Shown: positions 1 through 7,578, numbered from the stretch's first letter. The stretch is 11,908 nucleotides of DNA from Octopus sinensis (GCF_006345805.1 NW_021826801.1:1-11908); one strand, 5' to 3'. Notes: generated by a model not told the origin, from the sequence alone. Made by a program: numbers and translations.

Positions 1-124
1 GTTGCTTTAAAGGTCGTCGTTAAAGATTTTTACTTTAAGTAATTCAGATAAATCACATTTAGTAAATTAAAAATAATTTATTTTTCAATAATTTTTGATT
101 ATTTTAAAAATAAAACTTATCTAA

Positions 125-430
125 ATGGAGACAAATTTGAATCCATTTTAGAAAATTCGAATTCAATTTTCACAAGTTCCATTTTCTGCACAATCCAATT
201 GTTCTTATTGGCCAGAGATTTGTTGAATAGAATAAAAGAACGGGTGATTCCTTCAATTCAAGACTTTTATTCTTTGAAAGCAACATTCAAATCTCATCAC
301 CCAGTAGACACCAAGTAGTCTTAATTCCCAGATTGAGACCAAAATGACAGTCGAACGTGTCACATTGCTCGAGTTTGTCATTCTTTGAGGAGGGATTGTT
401 CGTAGACTACCAGGCTAATGGAATGCCATA
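125..430 (+). other. DUF1908-like N-terminal region of the MAST kinase
   Basis: [35 protein letters not shown] resembles the recalled MAST segment FIHHQIVELARDCL..ITSRYFLEL; R.TRLMEC near 405-428 resembles RPARLLECL. Confidence 0.6.
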
Positions 431-2669
431 GTTGGCCTGTTTTTAATGTCTGGAAATTTTGTCTCTTCGGAAAAAAACGCATTTAGTTGACTTGAGTATA
501 AATTGAAACAAACACGGGAAAAATATTTGAAGAACATGTCTTGGGGATGGGACCCGTCGGCAGTGTGGTACCCTATGACGAACCGACTTGTCGTTCAGGA
601 TCCACGTGAAAAGTGATTTTGAGGAAATAAAGACGCTAGCAGAGGGGCTTACGGTTTGTCGGAATAATATTTGTAAGGATTTTATACTCGTGAACCCGTC
701 AAAAGTGGCTTAACTTTGCGATGAAAAAGATTAGGAAAAGTCTGTTGGGTTACGTTATCAAGTCGACCAAGTCTTCACTGAGAGACATTCTCAAATTCAA
801 CGACAATCCGTTTGTGGTCATTTGTTCTGCAGTTTTGAAACTGCGGTTGGTGAGTGGTGATATTGGTAGAGACATTTATGTATGGTAATGCAGATGTGGA
901 GGGTGGTGACTGTGCTGCACTCCTCCAAAAGGTTGGCTCGTTTCCCTTCGATTTGAGTCGGTTGGTCGTCTTTGTGACTGTTTTAGAATATATGTGGCCG
1001 AGACTACTCTCGCATTGGAATACCTCCACTCCTATGAAATCGTCCACAGAGATCTGAAGCCGGACAAGTTGTTGTTTGAGATTACCGTAGTCTGCTGATT
1101 ACTGCAAAGGGACATATAAAACTGACTGATTTTGGACTGTCCAAGATTGGGCTGATTAACAGCGCCATCGTCCAGAACTGTCAGGAGTTTAAGGACATGC
1201 AAGTGTTTGGGACACCGGAATATATTGCCCCCGAAGTGATACTTCAGACAGGATATGGTTGAGGACTTGCTGTCTGACCAATTCAGGAAAGCCGGTCGAT
1301 TTGTGGTCACTGGGGATTATTCTTTTCGAATTTCTCGTGGGGACTGTTCCGTACTTTGGAGAAACTCCCGAAGAACTGTTTTTCCATGTCGTCAATGGTT
1401 GTTTATTCACGTGATGAGTAGAAATATTTGAGTGGCCTCCGAGGCTAATCTGCGCGTGGAAGCAGTGGATATTGTCAACCGACTGCTTCAGCATGACCCA
1501 GTAAAGAGGTTGGGCACTGCCGGACTTGACGAGGTCAGAACCATTTTTAATGTCCAAGATCAAAGAACACTCTTTCGTCGTTGGATTGGAGTGCACTTTT
1601 GTGTCAGAAGGTGAGTTATATTCCCAGTATCAGTGAGGACGATGACGTCAGTTTCTTTGATGGTGCCGACTATTACGTAATCCATAGATCGATCCGACCG
1701 TTTCTCCAACCACGGATCGAATGAGAGTGATGAAGTAACGTCAGACATGTTCAGTTCATTCTTATCTCTATCGCCACTGTATGTAAGTCTGAACATAAAC
1801 TCAAACGTGGGTCGATTTGTGCCATGTTTAGGAGTCGGGTTCGTTCTACAGATATTCCGGCAATCGAGTCCCCCGACGAGTATCTCTTGACCAATCAAGT
1901 CACCCAGTTGACTCTCCTCTCAGTTTTTGCAATTCCTTCGACACCTCCGTCAGTTCTTGCTGTGTGTTAATTAGTTGGGAGATGAGACTCCGAGTGCCAT
2001 AAGATCTCCGTCGACAATATATTGGGACACCGGAAAAAGTTACGGTTTCCCCGATTCCATCTTTCAAAATATCGTCAATCATCAACCCAGAGAGGGAGTG
2101 TAAAAAACTGTACTTTGGTTATTTATATTTTAGCATTGAGTCAGGTCTTCAGTTTTCGTAAAACAAGTCCTTCCACTGCCTCCAACACCTCAAAGACGAA
2201 AAACGTTTCCAGTCCGCGTATGAATGTGGTCATTCACCGTGGACTGTGGGGATTTGGCTTTCGTGTTTTGGCCCTCCCTAAACGCTCGTCTGAATATCTT
2301 AAGCACGTGATTGATGTTGACTAATATGTATAATATGAGTAGTCTGTGAGTGGACCGGCTGTTGATGTTGGTCTTAAAGTTGGGACTGTCATAACGCATA
2401 TCAACGTGACGGACATTACTCGATGTCCCATGTTGATGTTGTAACGTATTTTGATGAAGAATGGTCCTGTGGTTGGTCTATGTTGTGACTCTCAGTTGAG
2501 TCTGTCTATAATCGAGAAGCATAATTCGAGGAGGAATCATTTATATCTTTCTAACAGGTTATCAGTTCATTTCGGAGATGTGAAATCAAGTCGTCGAACG
2601 TTTCCGCTCTTCGAAGGAGGGTTGGAACTATTTGGGTCACTCCTGTGGTATTCTGCTTTATGGAACTGA
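125..2669 (+). CDS. MAST: Microtubule-associated serine/threonine (MAST-family) AGC kinase with C-terminal PDZ domain; multi-exon, about a dozen apparent 1-2 nt indels
   Basis: Hand-spliced translation gives LARDLL..DFYSL and R.TRLMEC (DUF1908-like), [152 protein letters not shown], then a PDZ. The start (ATG at 125) needs a +1 T correction. The end is the nearest in-frame stop and is uncertain (true end could be about 2550). Confidence 0.85.
601..1705 (+). other. AGC kinase catalytic domain plus AGC C-terminal tail (MAST type)
   Basis: Gly-loop GAYG, beta3 lysine (FAMKK), [20 protein letters not shown] and DLWSLG are all present. Hydrophobic-tail segment DDVSFFD. Confidence 0.92.
654..2495 (+). 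other. Series of 13 tiny GT-AG spliceosomal introns
   Basis: 654-677 (24 nt), 846-869 (24), 961-986 (26), 1068-1090 (23), 1258-1286 (29), 1398-1421 (24), 1534-1558 (25), 1663-1687 (25), 1807-1831 (25), 1949-1974 (26), 2110-2133 (24), 2316-2342 (27), 2472-2495 (24). Removal rejoins conserved motifs exactly (KPDN|LL, GYG|KPVD, LSR|IYVAE, FFD|DRSDR). The three linker introns (1807, 1949, 2110) and 2472 are less well constrained. Confidence 0.88.
2215..2520 (+). other. PDZ domain of the MAST kinase
   Basis: [15 protein letters not shown] (GLGF-type loop), [26 protein letters not shown], then SHVDVV..LMKNGPV after indel correction. Confidence 0.8.
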
Positions 2670-3240
2670 CAGTTTGATTTCAAAGTTGGATCATCCGTCT
2701 CAGATTTGTCATATTCTGAACCAAAACTTATTGCTGAACCTAAGATTGATGAAACGTCGTACTGCTGTGATGATTCCAAGCACTCTTGCTAATAGTATTG
2801 TATATATGCTTGCTTCTACTATTTCCTCTATGTGCTAGAGCTAGTTCTTATTACTAACCTCCACCAACTGCTTTTATTTATTTTAGAAAGAATGCTGTTT
2901 CAGTCTTGTTTATTTTAGTTCTCTATTGTTGGCATGAAATTATATTGCAATCAAGTTTCTGCAACGACATATAAACTATAATTCCATTAGTGCCTCACAT
3001 CTATCATTATCTTGAGGTCTTCGACATCTTTAGTTTGGTAATTGTTTGAACTCCAGTGAGGGCACTACGTGGGCGAACTATTTTCAACGTGTTTCGTAAA
3101 ATTCTTTTATGGTAATATTTGCAGGCGTGTTCTGCTCTGTTATTAACATTCAAAATAGAGTAGTAAGTGTGCTATTTCTTCCACAATGTTGGATTAGCCT
3201 CTTTCATTTTCATATTTTTCCAAAAAATAACTGGCATTTT
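2567..3240 (-). CDS. Possible convergent tiny-intron gene, unknown function
   Basis: Protein-like stretches (NIVEEIAHLLLYFE; KDVEDLKIMID; EEIVEASIYTILLARVLGIITAVRRF; [15 protein letters not shown]) separated by candidate introns 2976-2998 (23 nt), 2841-2868 (28 nt, GTTGGT donor) and 2716-2739 (24 nt). No continuous frame can be built without indel corrections. Confidence 0.35.
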
Positions 3241-3357
3241 CGAATTTATTTAAACATAATTAATTCTTTTGAATATTATCTTTTATTCTTTTGACTTTTA
3301 CAAAAAGGATTAATCATCCAAGATGGTATTTTTATTTTTTTTAAACGGAATTGTTTA

Positions 3358-3548
3358 TTACGAAAAAAAGAATTCGGTCAAGTGTTCGAAAGCTTCATGG
3401 ACGGGAATCCGACGCGATCGAGAAGAATTAGAGCGTACTATCGCAAGGGATATCCGCTCGAAAAACCATCTTGATTCACGGGCGTCGCCTGTGATAGCAG
3501 ATATGCGGGACCCGATTCCTGAGCGAAGCTGATTGCCTTACTAATCAA
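3358..3548 (-). mobile_element. 3' remnant of a CRE-like non-LTR retrotransposon (end of REL endonuclease region)
   Basis: LISKAISFAQEIGSRISAITGDARESRWFFERISLAIVRSN...LTEFFFS* (one indel) fits the recalled CRE-type ending ELG.RI...TGD.RE..FL.QRLS.A.QRGN. An A-rich tail follows. Confidence 0.55.
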
Positions 3549-3789
3549 GAATATTTGGAATTTATAATTCAAGAATGTGACAGGTAAGAGGCGGAACCAC
3601 GCCGGAGCCGAAACCAAGTTGTTATTTTAATAAACAATAATTTTTTTGATTTAATTTTCATTGGAAAATCATAATTCGTTAATTAAATTAATTAAATATC
3701 AATAATTAATTATAAATAAATCGCATGTTACAATGGTTTTTATTGGATTATCAAAAGAAATGCTTCAAAAATTAAAATTTATAAAAGGA

Positions 3790-3818
3790 CTAGCCGGCAG
3801 CTCGCTTCGCTCACCGCG
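3790..3818 (-). other. Helitron 3' terminus (subterminal hairpin plus CTAG)
   Basis: Minus strand reads gcggtgagcgaagcgagctgccggCTAG|t, about 90 nt downstream of the helicase stop. Confidence 0.8.
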
Positions 3819-3905
3819 ACCTAGCTCCTGCGGAGGGCCTGTTTCATCAAACAACTATAAGTTTATGTAGATGTATAAAACTACCTGGTTTAATGTAACC
3901 CTATT

Positions 3906-4088
3906 CTATCGCTGTTGATAAACGATGTTTGTCGTCCGTCCTTCCTTGGCATATATGAATAAATTTTCTCTTCTGCCTACCCTCGAGCATCCCACATACA
4001 GCTGTCCATGTGAAAAGCACTCACTCTCTAAAAATAACCCAACTACCTTTAATGACTGTCCCTGGGCCTTGTTATTGTCATTGCACAC
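3906..4088 (-). pseudogene. Helitron PIF1-like helicase, C-terminal fragment
   Basis: AMTINKAQGQSLKVVGL.L...CFSHGQLYVGCSRV (one indel); PIF1 helicase motifs V-VI typical of RepHel proteins. Confidence 0.9.
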
Positions 4089-4180
4089 TTTTTTTTTCAT
4101 TTTTGGGGTTTATTTTTTTTTATATTTAATTTTTTCATTTTTCCTTTGTAATTTCCTTTTTTTCTTTTTTGTTTTTTACT

Positions 4181-4264
4181 GGCGGAAATGGGGCAGGGGG
4201 AGATGCGGCAGGCGGAAATGCGGCAGGCAAGAAAGCGACACACAAAAAAGCGACACACAAAAAG
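4181..4264. repeat. Short motif arrays: 3 x 15-nt ggcggaaatgcggca (degenerate) and 2 x aaagcgacacacaaa
   Basis: Direct reading of 4181-4225 and 4232-4264. Confidence 0.8.
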
Positions 4265-4455
4265 ATTTAATTAATTACCTTATTAAGCTGACCGTTTTTT
4301 CTTCAGCTTCGTTTTTCCTCCTTCGGTTATCTATTTAAAAAATTATTTTGATAATAAAAAAGTTTAGGAAAAGAGGCATACCGAAAATAAATTCTATCTT
4401 TACGAAAAACTCAAGTAATAGTTAATATTTTTACGCAAATTCTTCTGATTGCGCT

Positions 4456-4658
4456 GTCAATGGTGGTAAATTGTGTTAATGGTTGTGCTAATGTGGTTTC
4501 AACTATCAAAGTGTTTTTCAAAATCTGTTAATTGCACACTCTATTCAAGTCGTGCGTCAATTGGTGGTAAATTGTGTTAATGATTGTGCTAATGTGGTTT
4601 CAACTATCAAAGTGGTTTTTCAAAATCTGTTAATTGCACACTCTATTCAAAGTCGTGC
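4456..4658. repeat. Tandem duplication, units of 100 and 103 nt
   Basis: 4456-4555 versus 4556-4658 differ by one substitution and three run-length indels. Confidence 0.95.
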
Positions 4659-4866
4659 AATCTGTGATTGCACATTCTGTCAAAGTCAAATATGATAATA
4701 GCTTTAATTTGATTCATGGTCGATAATGATATATGCATTTAATTTTAAAGAGAAAAACATAGGATGAATGAATTTCTTTATCGCGAATAATTGGGAGTTC
4801 ATCATTGTTAATATTCTCGCTGTCGTTTTCATCAAGGATATTTTAATACGTGAGATTTTTGCCTTG

Positions 4867-5284
4867 AAGGTTTTAATGGACCTCATCATGAATGTCGAGG
4901 ACATTCGCGTTGTTCATTTTAATCAAAATGCAGAAAAATAATTTTTTGATTTTTTGGGGGAAAAGGTTTTAAGGACTTCATCATGTAAGTCGAGGACATT
5001 GTAGTTGTTCATTTTAACCAAAATGCAGAAGAAAATTTTTTGATTTTTTGGCGGGAGGTTTTAAGGACCTCATCATGTAAGTCGAGGACATCGTAGTTGT
5101 TCATTTTAACCAAAATGCAGAAAAATTTTTTTAATTTTTTTGGGGGGGAAGGTTTTAAGGACCTCATCATGTAAGTCGAGGACATCGTAGTTGTTCATTT
5201 TGACCAAAACGCAGAAAAATTTTTTTTATTTTTTTGGGGGGGAAGGTTTTAAGGACCTCATCATGTAAGTCGAGGACATCGTAT
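4867..5284. repeat. About 94-bp minisatellite, about 4.4 copies
   Basis: Unit aaggttttaaggacctcatcatgtaagtcgaggacatcgtagttgttcattttaaccaaaatgcagaaaaa(T-run)..(G-run); starts near 4867, 4963, 5055, 5149 and 5243. Confidence 0.95.
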
Positions 5285-5305
5285 TGCCAATTTGAAGTTG
5301 GGTTG

Positions 5306-5371
5306 CACACACAGACAGACAGACAGACACACAGACAGACACACAGACAGACAGACAAGACACACACACAC
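5306..5371. repeat. Mixed (ACAG)n/(AC)n microsatellite
   Basis: cacacacagacagacagacagacacacagacagac... next to the putative Helitron 5' end. Confidence 0.95.
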
Positions 5372-5399
5372 CATACCATTTTATTATTAAGACTATCAA

Positions 5400-6135
5400 A
5401 GAAAGAACGGTTTCGCATCAGAAGCTTCTCAAAGATTTTGCAATTTGACCGAGAAAAAGAAAAAGTCTTTATTTTAGAAAAAGGGAATTTTTGAGGTTCT
5501 TTGCTACTGAAGAAGCTGAATTAAAGATGAAAACTATTGAGGTAAACTTATTGATTAGAATTTTAAGGCTGAGCACAATTCTAACCATTTTGGTAGAAAT
5601 AAGCTTCTTAGTCTATTATCATCTAAAATACAGTCCGACCTCTAATTGGGGCGCACCTCCAGGGTTGGGGCACCTCTTTTTTGGGGAAAACTCTGTTTTG
5701 GGGCATTATAAATATAAAGAGATGGATATCATCAACCAGCGAATCAAACAATCACTTCGAGCAATATCATAAAATACTGAAAAAAATTGTTTATGACTAT
5801 AACATGGCCGTACATGAAACAACTCGACATAAACCTCTTAAGGTGTTTATGCGCGTTGGACATATGGATTCAAAAAGTGCGGATCTAATTGAAGCGCTTT
5901 ATCAATTCGAGGGAGATGACGAAAACGAGGAAATAGATTATAAAGTCATTGAAAATCTCAAAAAAGCGGGAGAAAAAATGAGTAAAAAAAGAAGATGGAA
6001 ATTTGACGAAGAAGATATTGAAGTGGAAGACTCAGTAATTTTGAGAAACGACATCGATGCAAACAGCAGAAAGTTCCTTATATGACGGAATATCTGCCAA
6101 AAAATATACCGTCACTGAAAAAATGGTTATTTTTG
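5400..6135 (+). mobile_element. Degenerate Ginger/KRBA2-like integrase (DDE transposase) relic, copy 1
   Basis: N-terminal LRFFATEEAELK..HNSNHFGRNKLLSLL (integrase zinc-binding H..H half), then LKKIVYDYNMAVHETTRHKP (end of RNase H-fold core) and a C-terminal VILRNDID..YDGI segment. Most of the core is absent. Confidence 0.65.
5631..5680 (+). mobile_element. Solo Tc1/mariner-pogo-like terminal inverted repeat interrupting integrase copy 1
   Basis: TA|CAGTCCGACCTC start with the internal motif ttgggg(cg)cacctc repeated twice. No partner end seen. Confidence 0.4.
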
Positions 6136-6760
6136 TTCTATCAAAGATGGAGTTCGCTCCCGAGGAAGTAGAAGAAAAAAACTGTTTATTGAAAATCTCC
6201 ATTTAAAAAATGGACATCCAGGTCGAGACAAACTGCTTTTTCTCCTTAAAGATACTGTTTATGGATCTTGTAGGAATGAGGTAATGTCAGTTCTCAAATC
6301 ATGCTGCCAATGTAACATGACACTACGAAGCATATTCCATTCAACATTTTTATGGGAGTGGGATATGAAAAAAAACTAAATGATTACATTATGCAGTCTT
6401 TATTGGCTTTTAACTAGTAATTTTTTTTTTCGAAAAGAGCTTATGGGGCATAACAGTGATGATACAGAAAAAGAGGATTTGGAAAATGACAGTGATGACG
6501 AACTTGAGAAAAAGAGAAAGGAAGCTTTCAAAAACATTGTCTCTTGCGGTATAAAATGAATAAAAAAAGAAAATGGAAAAACGATGAGGATGGGCGATCT
6601 TGTACTTCTACGTACAGATAATGACACCAATCGGCCAAGATATCCGTTATATGACGGAATTGATTCCAGCAAACACAAGATCATCAGTGTGAAAAACGAT
6701 CAGTATTTTTTAGAAGGAGAAAATGGTGAGATTGTACCAAAAAAGTTTATTTTTTAACTT
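6136..6760 (+). mobile_element. Degenerate Ginger/KRBA2-like integrase relic, copy 2
   Basis: FIENLHLKNGHPGRDKLLFLLKDTVYG...VLKSCCQC (complete H2C2) joined directly to HDTTKHIPFNIFMG, then GDLVLLRTDND..YDGI, collinear with copy 1. Confidence 0.7.
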
Positions 6761-6839
6761 TTAGAAACGAAAAGATTTTATAATAATTGATGAAACAGAT
6801 ATCCGAAGGAAAAGTTTTGTAGTGATTCTAATTGGAAGC

Positions 6840-7180
6840 ATTCGCTTTCCAACAAAAACAGGGCTGACGGATCGTTCCTTAAGTTCGTGGAATCTAGAAG
6901 AAGGAAATGTTCCGGGATCCTGAGAAGCCTTATACGCTTCCATCTCTCCCCAGACACCTTATCTTCATCTATAAGGCGACTGTAGAACCAGTCCTTATCT
7001 ATGGACATGAAGGTTGGTACCCTACAGACGAGAGAAATCGCATAATCACCAAACTGGAGAAAACAAAGCGCTTTGCGATTAAACTGGCGTATAAGCTACG
7101 GCTTGATCAGGATCTCCCAGAGAGCTAGACGAACAAACTTAAAACATTCGGCAAGTCCTCTGCTCATTGCAAAGGGCATG
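6840..7180 (+). mobile_element. Non-LTR (LINE) reverse transcriptase, post-palm/thumb fragment
   Basis: KCSGILRSL...IFIYKATVEPVLIYGHEGWYP...KLEKTKRFAIK fits the LINE pattern IYK..V.P.L.YG...W.P...KLE..QR.A. Clade not assignable. Confidence 0.7.
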
Positions 7181-7506
7181 AGAAGTGAAAAGGAAAGCAA
7201 GGAGGAGGCATTCGGTGTCTCGATTTTAAATAAAACCTTTTCTAATAACTATTCTCTTTCGGTTGCTAAGTTAATAAAATCTGTTCTGTTCTTCTGATCA
7301 TGTATAGTTTTGGTAAGATACCTTCCATTACAATGTTCTGAACTCCGTGTTCTTTTTTTATTTGTATTCATCTTTGTCGTTCGTGTCAAAGATGTTTAAC
7401 AAATGATTAAAGATGATTAATGTAGATCATCACCCCGGACGATATAAACGGGCCGGACGCTATAACACACCACAATTATTGTTATAAATTTTTGAAAAGT
7501 GGCTCA

Positions 7507-7578
7507 TGTCTGGACTGTGACATCAATTTTGAAACAAATGTCAAATTTTCCAAACATCAAAAAGATAGTTCTCGATGC
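7507..7578 (+). other. Isolated zinc-finger-like coding fragment
   Basis: CLDCDINFETNVKFSKHQKDSSRC = C-x2-C-x3-F-x5-F-x2-H-x6-C, just downstream of a TIR-like motif at 7431-7466. Confidence 0.35.

Larger units (their letters stand above)
3790..5392 (-). mobile_element. Composite non-autonomous Helitron (about 1.6 kb)
   Basis: On the - strand: 5' TCTTAATAATAAAATGG followed by a TG/CTGT microsatellite at one end; helicase remnant, GC-rich hairpin-like GCGGTGAGCGAAGCGAGCTGC and CTAG|T at the other. The 5' flanking base is G, not the canonical A, so the two ends could belong to separate copies. Confidence 0.6.

Noticed and set aside
304-455. Two further candidate tiny introns (304-331; from 431, GTTGGC donor)
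   Set aside because: The first is poorly constrained by homology, and the second lacks a clear AG acceptor in this sequence. Not counted.
775-1898. Minus-strand ORFs 775-1047, 1032-1310, 1189-1596 and 1560-1898
   Set aside because: Antisense shadows of the MAST exons; no recognisable motifs.
600-2350. Stop-codon reassignment (ciliate-type code) as the reason for interrupted frames
   Set aside because: Stops fall inside the predicted introns or in shifted frames. Aligned conserved exon codons read normally with the standard code.
125-3240. Microsporidian or ciliate host, suggested by tiny introns and the TE types
   Set aside because: A DUF1908-kinase-PDZ MAST with 13 or more introns is a metazoan-type gene. 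Microsporidia are intron-poor and are not known to me to have this architecture.
3925-4338. 137-aa Phe-rich ORF that looks like a membrane protein
   Set aside because: Produced by the antisense of the helicase stub plus a T-rich low-complexity tract.
4867-5284. CRISPR-like appearance of regularly spaced repeats
   Set aside because: Whole units repeat with no unique spacers, there are no cas genes, and the context is eukaryotic. It is a minisatellite.
5167-5494. ORFs with CVCL or QTHR repeats
   Set aside because: Translations of the microsatellite and minisatellite.
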